Virus record (IMG/VR): IMGVR_UViG_3300000295_000002
Span: 19,700 to 83,699 of that record
Reading direction: 5' to 3' (one strand)
DNA from: a virus
DNA: 64,000 nt
The first letter of the stretch is position 1. Each line of letters opens with the position of its first letter. The notes beneath the pieces were generated by a model. It was not told the DNA's origin, made no database searches, and saw nothing but the letters and a program-made list of their open reading frames with translations. Below are positions 7,850 to 15,641 of the stretch, piece by piece. The translations under genes were made by a program, and so were the position numbers.

Positions 7850-8160
7850 CATGAACCCAGTATAATGAGCCCCTTCGGTCGGGTCAGTTGCCAAATCGTA
7901 CAGCACTTAACCTAAGCAGCTTTCGGGGTACGCCCCGCCCTGCCCGCCTTCTGCCTTCAGTTCCTGCGGTGTCACCATGCACCTCTTGTGACGTGGGTTT
8001 AAAGTCTGTGTAGCCGAGTGTATTTAGCCGACAAGCCACCAAGACTACTTGTTTACTCTCGAAAAAGAATAGGGAAAGTGAAAACCCTATCCTTTGTTCG
8101 TGTTGCGCTCCGAACTCCGGATAGGGTTTCGTATAGGGAAGTGAATAATCACTCAAATAT
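7850..8160 (-). ncRNA. candidate structured RNA (G+C-rich, ORF-free); strand tentative
   Basis: G+C-rich island (40/60 G+C at 7921-7980) in an AT-rich genome. Contains a 13-bp helix (about 8080-8092 with 8119-8131), a GGGG-CGTA-CCCC hairpin and several further helices. A leftward TACTTTTG promoter box lies at 8205-8212. The only ORFs are low-complexity artefacts. Confidence 0.4.
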
Positions 8161-8204
8161 ACTTAAATGTCCGCTGTTTAGTGCGCAACTACTAACAAGC
8201 ACTG

Positions 8205-8212
8205 CAAAAGTA
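8205..8212 (-). promoter_or_regulatory. -7 promoter box (TACTTTTG), leftward
   Basis: The reverse complement of caaaagta matches TAnnTTTG. Lies about 45 nt upstream of the structured element. Confidence 0.4.
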
Positions 8213-8485
8213 CGCAATTCCTTGCAAACCACCAAATTAGCTGATTTTTCATTAACTTGCTTTATTGTGGATAAATATGGATAATATATATTTAATAGGC
8301 TTTTCGGGGATTTATGACTTTAACCTTTATAAGTTTAATTAACACAAAAATGCCCCACACCACCAAAAAATGATGATGCAGGGCGATATGATAGGTATAA
8401 AAGAAATGCGAAAGTAAAGCCCCACCATTGAGCACCAACGGCAGGGCTGAGATAGACATATGAGTTCCAAAGAATAATTGCTTTG

Positions 8486-8493
8486 CAAAGATA
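8486..8493 (-). promoter_or_regulatory. -7 promoter box (TATCTTTG), leftward
   Basis: Reverse complement of caaagata, inside the palindrome CTTTGCAAAG. Confidence 0.3.
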
Positions 8494-8603
8494 AGTAAAA
8501 TATCTGAGAACTCAAAGAGATAGTGAAAATTTCTTCTGTAAGCGGTTAAAATAGTCTATTGGTATGATTTATCGGTTCGATAGTTTAAACGTCTTGTATG
8601 CTA

Positions 8604-8643
8604 CATAAAACAAATCCTCGCCTACCACAATAGGTAAGCGAGG
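8604..8643 (-). terminator. intrinsic terminator after 8664..8921
   Basis: CCTCGCCTACC / GGTAAGCGAGG hairpin (one mismatch). On the minus strand it is followed by ATTTGTTTTA. Confidence 0.55.
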
Positions 8644-8663
8644 AACTATATATGCACGATTAC

Positions 8664-8921
8664 TTAGTCCTTAATAGCCTCATTGACCTCGTAATCCATA
8701 ATCTTTGCCAAAGTGTTGCTGATTAACGTGCTCATTACGTTGTACTGGCTGGTAAACTTATCGTCTATTCTGTCATTCACAAGCACACCATACTCTTCCT
8801 TGGCTCTATCGACCTCGCTCATAAAGTCCACGTACACCTCACGTAACTTGATGAGGGTCTTAGCCAACTTTGGCTGCTCCACGTTCTGCAACAATGTTGC
8901 ATTGATATTCTGTCCGTTCAT
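8664..8921 (-). CDS. hypothetical protein
   Basis: 85-aa ORF directly downstream of the antirepressor gene. Confidence 0.6.
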   Translation of the reverse strand: MNGQNINATLLQNVEQPKLAKTLIKLREVYVDFMSEVDRAKEEYGVLVNDRIDDKFTSQYNVMSTLISNTLAKIMDYEVNEAIKD

Positions 8922-8935
8922 ATTCTAATCTCCTA

Positions 8936-9778
8936 TTAATTTAAATTGAGTGATGTCTGGCTGTTCAAGCCAACAATGGTGAGCAATTCCATAAATGTAG
9001 CATCATACCAACGTATCTGTGTCTGCTGCTGAAATTTAGGGTCTTGCTGATTCTGTCCGTACTTATCAAAGGCTGGAGTGATAACATACCAGCTATGCAC
9101 CTTTCCTCGTTTTCCTGGGCGAGTGGCGTGCTTCACTACTCCTTTGAGTTCAAGCATACGATTGAATGCTTGTGCTGAGATACCAACGTTGTGCGACTTC
9201 AATAAATCGGTGGCAGCGTGCGTAATCGGCTTTTCCGTTCCTGCGTTTACAGACTGAGGAAGAGCATCATCCAAGCCTACCATCTTACCAATCTTCTGAG
9301 CGATGCCCAATTTGCTTGCGTCATTCAGGTTGAGGAACTTTGCGCTCCAATCGGCAAATGCTAACTTAGCTTGTATCTGTTCCTGCAAAGATGGCTGCTG
9401 CTGAACTTGAGCAACTGCGTGATGGAACACTCTACGATAAACCTCGAACACTGGGCGAACCTTGCGAGCGATAAAGTACTCTAAGCATGCGGAAGTGAGA
9501 TAGTAATCTATCTTGTTGCTGCCACCCCAATCTTGCTTGCCACTATGGGCATGCAAGTTTTCGCCATTTTTGGCAATCGGTAAAAAGTCCACATTCTCAA
9601 TGAAGTTTGCTTTCAATGCTCTCACAGCCTTACCTCTTTCTGAGTAAGCCAACTGCCAAACATCATCAAGGTTAACTGAAAACACTTTGTCTTGTTGGTC
9701 TAATGCCAACACACCGCGGAAGTAGCGTTCAATATCCGATGGAACACTATCCTTCGTTAAAATTAAATTTTCGTTCAT
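8936..9778 (-). CDS. phage antirepressor (AntA-like N-terminal and KilAC-like C-terminal domains)
   Basis: ORF 8936..9877, with a likely start at MNENLIL (9778). DYYLTSACLEYFIARKVRPVFEVYRRVFH resembles AntA/AntB. The C-terminal ...ISAQAFNRMLELKGVVKH... resembles KilAC. Confidence 0.7.
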   Translation of the reverse strand: MNENLILTKDSVPSDIERYFRGVLALDQQDKVFSVNLDDVWQLAYSERGKAVRALKANFIENVDFLPIAKNGENLHAHSGKQDWGGSNKIDYYLTSACLEYFIARKVRPVFEVYRRVFHHAVAQVQQQPSLQEQIQAKLAFADWSAKFLNLNDASKLGIAQKIGKMVGLDDALPQSVNAGTEKPITHAATDLLKSHNVGISAQAFNRMLELKGVVKHATRPGKRGKVHSWYVITPAFDKYGQNQQDPKFQQQTQIRWYDATFMELLTIVGLNSQTSLNLN

Positions 9779-10021
9779 TTCGATATATTTTTGAACGTTA
9801 AACAAATGTTGGGTTGATACACAAAAAGGGTGTACCGCTACCCTTTGTTCAATGCCTATATCGGAAAGCACGCACACACCATTACGATATGTGCAAGGGG
9901 CGATACACCTATATCTTTGATATGGATATATCAGTCTCGTAAGATTAAGAGCATAAAAAATGCTCCACCGAATTGACGGAAGAGCTTCCTATTTCTCTCC
10001 CGATATATTTATTGAACGCTG

Positions 10022-10029
10022 CAAAGATA
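10022..10029 (-). promoter_or_regulatory. -7 promoter box (TATCTTTG), leftward
   Basis: Reverse complement of caaagata. Upstream of the antirepressor gene. Confidence 0.4.
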
Positions 10030-10264
10030 CGAAAAATATTCCTATCTGCGTGTCTTAGAAGCAACCTTTAACCAAACTTTAACATTTGGCAGTTATTAAT
10101 TTATTCGATTAATTTGTTTTTCACACCATATTCCACAAAATAGGCTGACCCAAATAAATGAGCCAGCCAACTTTTTACTTGCCCTTGAAGAGGCAATAAG
10201 CCCCATAAAACATGAGCAAAATCATAAGTTTTAAAAACATGATGTTATATATGTTGGTGAATAA

Positions 10265-10843
10265 TTACCAATCATTATTTGTGTCTTTGGTATTACCTAA
10301 TCCTAATAATGTTTTGTATATACTATTTATCCTCTGTTCTGCATAATGCTTCCAGATAACACGATTTCCTTTTAATCTACCTTTCTTATCAAAGAAATCA
10401 GATAATATATTCTCTGCGGTTTTTGTACGATTGATTGTTTCCGATTGCCCTGTTTGCATTCCGAATGAAGGCGCATTTATTTTAACTCGTCCGTCTTTTA
10501 TTTCAATTAAAAGGTTATATGTTCCTTCATAAAAGAACTTAATACCAAGGTATGACTTTTGGTAAAGAATATCGTCTGCAAAAGCATGAATGGCTACCGA
10601 TGAGTTATCCACGGTACTCATTATACTTTGTGGCGAGTTATATACCTTTGATACATTAGAGCAAATCAAAGTATATATATCCTTTGCGGATTTTCCATCG
10701 AACTGATAAATAATATAGTCTTTGCCATCAGCAGCACGATAGTGACCATCGGCAGATATTGTAAAACCATTAAATTCTGCTTGTGCATTTGCTTGCACGA
10801 CAACGGCAATCATAATTGCCATAAGCATTAAAATCTTTTTCAT
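10265..10843 (-). CDS. secreted protein (DUF4468-like, recalled from memory)
   Basis: N-terminal signal peptide MKKILMLMAIMIAVVVQANAQ. Beta-rich body (YEGTYNLLIEIKDGRVKINAP). Confidence 0.6.
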   Translation of the reverse strand: MKKILMLMAIMIAVVVQANAQAEFNGFTISADGHYRAADGKDYIIYQFDGKSAKDIYTLICSNVSKVYNSPQSIMSTVDNSSVAIHAFADDILYQKSYLGIKFFYEGTYNLLIEIKDGRVKINAPSFGMQTGQSETINRTKTAENILSDFFDKKGRLKGNRVIWKHYAEQRINSIYKTLLGLGNTKDTNNDW

Positions 10844-10852
10844 TTATAGTGA

Positions 10853-10877
10853 CTTAACCGTGATGTCGAGGGCTGAA
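10853..10877 (-). repeat. conserved intercistronic repeat, copy 1
   Basis: cttaaccgtgatgtcgagggctgaa. Fills the spacer between 10843 and 10891. Confidence 0.7.
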
Positions 10878-10890
10878 GGGTTGTTTTACA

Positions 10891-11199
10891 TCAGATTTCC
10901 GTTGCTTTTATCGTGTAGACGAATTTTAAAAGACCATGAGGGTTGTATTGGATAAGTCTTACCGACACTGCGGTCTCATCAGCGAGGAAGGCAATAGCTT
11001 CTCCTGCAACGGTCTTCTGTATCTCAAGACTACCATCGGGGTTCAATATTTCTTTTGCCTTTTTCATGTCACTTGCAACAATCAGACCTGTTTCGCTAAG
11101 GATGCCTCTCTCAATAGCGTTCTTCAGTTCTTCGATACTGTTGTTATTGAAATTTTCCTTTGCAACAACCCGGTTGAATTTAATATTAGTTGTTATCAT
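10891..11199 (-). CDS. hypothetical protein
   Basis: 102-aa ORF bounded on both sides by the conserved repeat. Confidence 0.6.
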   Translation of the reverse strand: MITTNIKFNRVVAKENFNNNSIEELKNAIERGILSETGLIVASDMKKAKEILNPDGSLEIQKTVAGEAIAFLADETAVSVRLIQYNPHGLLKFVYTIKATEI

Positions 11200-11206
11200 A
11201 AGATTG

Positions 11207-11232
11207 CTTTGACCGTGATAGCGAGGGCTGAA
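11207..11232 (-). repeat. conserved intercistronic repeat, copy 2
   Basis: ctttgaccgtgatagcgagggctgaa. Fills the spacer between 11199 and 11236. Confidence 0.7.
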
Positions 11233-11235
11233 TAA

Positions 11236-11547
11236 TTAATCTGTTACTGCAATAAACTCAAATTCATCTTCAATCACATCATTCTTCCAATAAATAGCCT
11301 TAACTTCATTTAAGGTCTTATTCCAATCATCAACAGAGAAAATAAACTCTATGATTTCGTTATTTTTCTCCATTTCATCATTGATGTATGAGATAGACCA
11401 TTCATTGCTATCTACTTCATTGATGCAAAACGCTTTCTCGCTTGCCTTGCTCAACTGTTCAAGGTCACTTGAAATAGTGAATGTCAAACTTTTCTTTTTT
11501 CCGATTATCGGAGAATTATCTTTGCGTTTAATTTTGATTTTCTTCAT
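11236..11547 (-). CDS. hypothetical protein
   Basis: ORF 11236..11661, with the start at MKKIKIKRKD (11547), just after repeat copy 3. Confidence 0.6.
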   Translation of the reverse strand: MKKIKIKRKDNSPIIGKKKSLTFTISSDLEQLSKASEKAFCINEVDSNEWSISYINDEMEKNNEIIEFIFSVDDWNKTLNEVKAIYWKNDVIEDEFEFIAVTD

Positions 11548-11556
11548 AATTGATGG

Positions 11557-11581
11557 CTTAACCGTGATGGCGAGGGCTAAA
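11557..11581 (-). repeat. conserved intercistronic repeat, copy 3
   Basis: cttaaccgtgatggcgagggctaaa. Fills the spacer between 11547 and 11592. Confidence 0.7.
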
Positions 11582-11591
11582 TGATTTTTTA

Positions 11592-11828
11592 TTAAGAGAT
11601 TGTGCCATCGTGAGCAACAACAATATTTCTGCTTTTGATAATATCGTCTGTTAGTTGACAACCATCATAGAATCCGTTACCAACTCTTACTCTTTCGTCT
11701 CTTTCAATGAAGAAACGTTTATTTAGCTTTCCGTATTGCTTCTCTAACTTCTCGATAGATTTTTTCATTTTGCTTGAAATCTTCAAGCCATCTACCTCGA
11801 AAATTACTTCACTATTAAACTCTTTCAT
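11592..11828 (-). CDS. hypothetical protein
   Basis: 78-aa ORF bounded by repeat copies 3 and 4. Confidence 0.6.
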   Translation of the reverse strand: MKEFNSEVIFEVDGLKISSKMKKSIEKLEKQYGKLNKRFFIERDERVRVGNGFYDGCQLTDDIIKSRNIVVAHDGTIS

Positions 11829-11838
11829 AACTTATTCG

Positions 11839-11863
11839 CTTATCCGTGCTGCGTAGGGCTGTT
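11839..11863 (-). repeat. conserved intercistronic repeat, copy 4 (diverged)
   Basis: cttatccgtgctgcgtagggctgtt. Same register upstream of the ATG at 11828. Confidence 0.5.
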
Positions 11864-12015
11864 TGATATTTATATTATTTTCAAAAGATAACGCTATATT
11901 CGTCATTATATTGTGTGTAGGGCAGAAAAATTAATCTTTATTTCTGCCCATGGCGCAATCGAACAATGTGCCGATTAGCCAAATTGCTATTAAGAATGCC
12001 ATAACTTTTTCCGTT

Positions 12016-12387
12016 TTATGAGTAAATACCAATCTTATGAAACTCCAACGTTGTGTGGTTATAAGGGTAACTACAATCCTCGAACATAACCCAATAACCC
12101 TGCTTGTCTAAAAATATCTGACCAATCGAGCTTATAAAGTCTTTTTGCTCGCCTGCCAATCTATTGTATATTACCTTAGTCAAGTTTTTATAAGGTTGAT
12201 GTTGTTCGTCTATGATACGGAAAGAATATATATTCTTATCTCTTCCAGTAATCGTCAGTGTGGTTATTAAACCTTCAATCGTTCCGACTCTCTTGTACGT
12301 ATCACCCTTGCACACCAAAGACTCGCCATTATCAAACAATCGTCTTGCAAGAAATGTTGTTGTATTGTTACAAATAATCTCCGACAT
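12016..12387 (-). CDS. hypothetical protein
   Basis: 123-aa ORF. Its start is 3 nt after the recombinase stop. Confidence 0.6.
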   Translation of the reverse strand: MSEIICNNTTTFLARRLFDNGESLVCKGDTYKRVGTIEGLITTLTITGRDKNIYSFRIIDEQHQPYKNLTKVIYNRLAGEQKDFISSIGQIFLDKQGYWVMFEDCSYPYNHTTLEFHKIGIYS

Positions 12388-12389
12388 AA

Positions 12390-13451
12390 TTATTCCTCCT
12401 CTGTATTATTGTTGTTGTTATTCAGTTCCTTGTAATACTGCTGAATCTCCTCATCAGTCATACCCTTTTCTCGCATTACACGATAGTTTGCAGAACCACG
12501 TCTGAAATAAACCTGACTGCCATAGACTGAGCGTAGATTGTAATACGCACTTCTTACTAGTTCTTTGGTTAATACCTTGCCAGTGGACGAATAAACACCC
12601 ATCTGCTGCAACATCATAGCTGCATCGGCAAAGTTAGGTGTAGTCAATTCAGTGAAGTCATTGGTACACTTCTTAACCACATTCCATATAGCTTTGTTGC
12701 AAGGTTTCTCAGCAGCCTCTTTCTTGCGCTTTTCCGATGCCGCCTTCTGTGCGTTTGATAAATCGCATTTTCTAGGTCTGCCCAACTTCTTTACGACCTT
12801 ACCTGACTTTGAGATAAATTCTCCGTCTTTTGCCAACTTCTGTTTGCGTACTTCCAATGCGCTCTGTGTTCGTTCCTGTATGAGTTCACGCTCCATCTGT
12901 GCCGAAAATGAGAATGCGAATAGTAGCATTTCGTCAATCGCTTTCAGATGGCTACAATCAAGGTCAATGCCCATCTGAACGATAACCAAGCGCACGCCAC
13001 GTGGTTTCAGTTCGTCATTTACAAACTTGTTGATGTCGCTCATAGAACGACCGATACGGCTGACCTCTGACACGATAAGTATATCACCTTTATCAAGCAT
13101 CGGTAGCACTACCTTACCAAGGTTTCTATCCTTATAAGATACCTTACCCGATACTCCTTCCTCCTTCACTTCGTGAGTAGCTTTGAGATTGTGACAATTC
13201 AACCATTCGTTGATTGTTCTTTCTTGCTGCTCCAATGTCTGCTTTTCAGTAGAGACACGACTGTATATTATTACTTTCTGCTTTGGCTCATCATCATCGG
13301 TCATGTTTGCCTTTGCGTTGCAGCTTTTGTCAGAACGGCAAAGGTAGTGACCTTCTGTCATCATGCAATAAGGGCAATCCTTACAGCCGATGTTCACGAT
13401 GTCGTATTTTACAGATGCGCCACCTTCATTCTTGATTTCTATTGTCTTCAT
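12390..13451 (-). CDS. serine recombinase (resolvase/invertase family) with Cys-rich N-terminal extension
   Basis: Catalytic core KVIIYSRVSTEKQTLEQQ ... VSEVSRIGRS ... QMERELIQERTQ. The N-terminal ~55 aa carry CKDCPYC...C...C. The basic C-terminal tail has no obvious classical HTH. Confidence 0.85.
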   Translation of the reverse strand: MKTIEIKNEGGASVKYDIVNIGCKDCPYCMMTEGHYLCRSDKSCNAKANMTDDDEPKQKVIIYSRVSTEKQTLEQQERTINEWLNCHNLKATHEVKEEGVSGKVSYKDRNLGKVVLPMLDKGDILIVSEVSRIGRSMSDINKFVNDELKPRGVRLVIVQMGIDLDCSHLKAIDEMLLFAFSFSAQMERELIQERTQSALEVRKQKLAKDGEFISKSGKVVKKLGRPRKCDLSNAQKAASEKRKKEAAEKPCNKAIWNVVKKCTNDFTELTTPNFADAAMMLQQMGVYSSTGKVLTKELVRSAYYNLRSVYGSQVYFRRGSANYRVMREKGMTDEEIQQYYKELNNNNNNTEEE

Positions 13452-13463
13452 TTCTCCTATCTC

Positions 13464-13697
13464 CTATCCTATCTTTGTTAGCAAATCATACTCTTTTTGG
13501 TTATAGCAAGATGCAAGATAATCGTGATTGGTTATTAAATCATACGCAAATTCTATCTGTATATCGGTTAATGTTGCAGATACAACATAATCGTCAAACC
13601 AAATATTACTCTGAATTACGTCATAGACAACTCCAATACACTCCAAATATTTAATGAGTATATTTCTTGCAGTTGTAACAAAATACACTTTCTTCAT
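13464..13697 (-). CDS. hypothetical protein
   Basis: 77-aa ORF preceded by GGAGATAGGAGAA, an SD-like sequence. Confidence 0.55.
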   Translation of the reverse strand: MKKVYFVTTARNILIKYLECIGVVYDVIQSNIWFDDYVVSATLTDIQIEFAYDLITNHDYLASCYNQKEYDLLTKIG

Positions 13698-13748
13698 TTC
13701 TCCTATCTCCTATCTCTTATTACTTAAAACGTTACTTTCTGTTATTTA

Positions 13749-14108
13749 TTATCCACGATAATAGAATGATACATGAAAATCTCTACTTTTACGCTCTCGG
13801 TCATTCTCAATAACTCCAAACATATAAGTATCAATTACGTAATCTACATCATTGTCCTTATCGTGTTCAATTCTCTTTACCCATTCCTCAACAACATCAG
13901 GACACCAAGCATCGCGAAGGAATCTAACTAGCAATTTATTATCGGTTTCCTGTCGTACCAATATTGGCTCGTTGCCGACAAATCCAATCATTTCTGTATT
14001 GTCTTTGTTCCAAGTGTATTGTTCGTCATTGAACAAATCTCTTACCAACTCATCAAGACAAAGGTCTTTGTCATTGATAGGGCAATGAGCAGCATTCTTA
14101 ATCTCCAT
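13749..14108 (-). CDS. hypothetical protein
   Basis: ORF 13749..14186. Start taken at MEIKNAAHC (14108), after the stop of 14122..14346. Confidence 0.55.
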   Translation of the reverse strand: MEIKNAAHCPINDKDLCLDELVRDLFNDEQYTWNKDNTEMIGFVGNEPILVRQETDNKLLVRFLRDAWCPDVVEEWVKRIEHDKDNDVDYVIDTYMFGVIENDRERKSRDFHVSFYYRG

Positions 14109-14121
14109 AGTCTTTAATATA

Positions 14122-14346
14122 TTAATAAACATTACAATAAGCGTCATATATTGGCAATGATGTGAACTTGCGTAAATAAGATGCAATCTGTTTCACTCTC
14201 AGCATATTTACAAAGCTGCTCATAAATGAGTTCCAATTGATACAGATGTATTTATCTGTAATCTCTACCCATACATCTTCGTTGTCAATACACTTATATT
14301 TGAGATATAATGTATCAATCACTTCTTTGATAGTCTTTTTCTTCAT
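14122..14346 (-). CDS. hypothetical protein
   Basis: 74-aa ORF in the operon. Confidence 0.55.
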   Translation of the reverse strand: MKKKTIKEVIDTLYLKYKCIDNEDVWVEITDKYICINWNSFMSSFVNMLRVKQIASYLRKFTSLPIYDAYCNVY

Positions 14347-14402
14347 AGTCGTATTACTTTTAATTGTTATATTTGTGAGTTTTATTTTCTGACCGATACA
14401 TA

Positions 14403-14648
14403 TTACTTCTTACCGAAGTTGAAGATTTTAACGAACTGATAGAATTGTTTCTTGTCGCAAAGATGGAAGAGGTCTTCCATAATGTATTCCTTACATTCCT
14501 TCGTGCATTCTCTATATGCATTCTGTATTGTGGTGGCTGGTAAGTTTCCGCAATCAAACCAGTAAATAAACATTTCTCCTAGGCTCTCGTAAGCATTTGT
14601 ACCATCATAGAACTTCTTCTGCTGCTCGTAAGTCTTATTCTTTCTCAT
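14403..14648 (-). CDS. hypothetical protein
   Basis: 81-aa ORF, preferred over the overlapping 14360..14557 frame. Confidence 0.5.
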   Translation of the reverse strand: MRKNKTYEQQKKFYDGTNAYESLGEMFIYWFDCGNLPATTIQNAYRECTKECKEYIMEDLFHLCDKKQFYQFVKIFNFGKK

Positions 14649-14659
14649 GATAGCTTTTC

Positions 14660-15067
14660 TTAACCCTCTACTTTGATAATTCCACGTCTTACCAATTCCT
14701 TCACGAAGTCTTCTAGACTTAACTCAGACTTATCACCACCACACATAGAATAGTTCCAATTGATTTTGAGCGGCATATCTATATGGTATCTAGTGATGCT
14801 TTTGCGCTTATTGATACTTCTATCATACTCAAAAGCCAATGCAACCTCAATTGTTCCGTGACCATTTGTATAGATGAGGAATGCGCCATATGAGCGACTT
14901 CCTTCAAGACGGCATTTATAGTTTTCCAAAAAACTTAATTTGTCCATCGTTTCTGTTGCCCAATTGCAGGCTCTGTCGTATTCACATTGCTGCTCATCTT
15001 TAATCAACTCATCATCAATAGCATTCTTCTTTGATTCTGCTATCATTAACTTTTCCAATTCGTTCAT
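14660..15067 (-). CDS. hypothetical protein
   Basis: 135-aa ORF in the operon. Confidence 0.6.
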   Translation of the reverse strand: MNELEKLMIAESKKNAIDDELIKDEQQCEYDRACNWATETMDKLSFLENYKCRLEGSRSYGAFLIYTNGHGTIEVALAFEYDRSINKRKSITRYHIDMPLKINWNYSMCGGDKSELSLEDFVKELVRRGIIKVEG

Positions 15068-15086
15068 AACTTTACCCTTTCTGTTA

Positions 15087-15209
15087 TTAAATTACACCGA
15101 TAATATTAATCGGCTCTTCAATACTCGCTACCAATGCAGCATTATTATTCTCTGTAGTAAGGTTATCAACATCTAAGTAAATAACCTCTGGTAATGAAGT
15201 CTGTTTCAT
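15087..15209 (-). CDS. small acidic hypothetical protein (~40 aa)
   Basis: Hand-translated: MKQTSLPEVIYLDVDNLTTENNNAALVASIEEPINIIGVI. ATGA start/stop overlap with 15206..15445. Confidence 0.25.
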   Translation of the reverse strand: MKQTSLPEVIYLDVDNLTTENNNAALVASIEEPINIIGVI

Positions 15210-15445
15210 ATTGTCTTATAACATTTAGTCAATTTATCAAACTCTTCTTGTTCTTTCTTATTATGGCACATAGACGCAAAACTAGTATTGCCTGTATGCG
15301 TTCTAAAGTCCATAAGATAATCACTCCAACTATCCAATCGGCAAACTTTAGAAGGAAACACACCATGCCAATCAGGTATCAAGATAAAATGTTCGCTGTG
15401 CTGATATTTATCTTTCAGTTTATGTAAGAATAATGATGTCTCCAT
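15206..15445 (-). CDS. hypothetical protein
   Basis: ORF 15206..15556. Start taken at METSLFLHK (15445), abutting the stop of 15447..15641. Confidence 0.5.
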   Translation of the reverse strand: METSLFLHKLKDKYQHSEHFILIPDWHGVFPSKVCRLDSWSDYLMDFRTHTGNTSFASMCHNKKEQEEFDKLTKCYKTI

Positions 15446-15446
15446 A

Positions 15447-15641
15447 TTATGAATTATAAAAATTAATAGGCTTATAATCTCTATCTCTGCAATCGTTTCC
15501 TTCCTCATGATAAGGGCATTTATTATCTTTCTTATAGTAACTGCCAAGGCGGTCATTCATGCCCATACTAGATACTACAAGTCGATTGCATTTGCCATTT
15601 CTGAATGCAAATCTGCAAGATAAACAAATATTCTTTTCCAT
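15447..15641 (-). CDS. small Cys-rich (zinc-ribbon-like) protein
   Basis: 64 aa containing CLSC...C...C and C..H....C. Confidence 0.45.
   Translation of the reverse strand: MEKNICLSCRFAFRNGKCNRLVVSSMGMNDRLGSYYKKDNKCPYHEEGNDCRDRDYKPINFYNS

Noticed and set aside
7866-7871. Perfect TATAAT hexamer upstream of the G+C-rich element as a plus-strand promoter
   Set aside because: There is no suitably spaced -35 element. The rest of the genome uses Bacteroidota-type TAnnTTTG boxes.
8060-8150. Cobalamin-riboswitch-like string AATAGGGAAAGTGAAAACCC on the plus strand
   Set aside because: It simply forms one arm and loop of a local hairpin. No B12 box or downstream plus-strand gene is present.
7884-8284. 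ORFs 7884..8156 (minus, 90 aa) and 8018..8284 (plus, 88 aa) as protein-coding genes
   Set aside because: They overlap each other on opposite strands inside the G+C-rich structured region. They translate to low-complexity Arg/Gly/Pro-rich strings and have no start context like the neighbouring genes. Better explained as non-coding.
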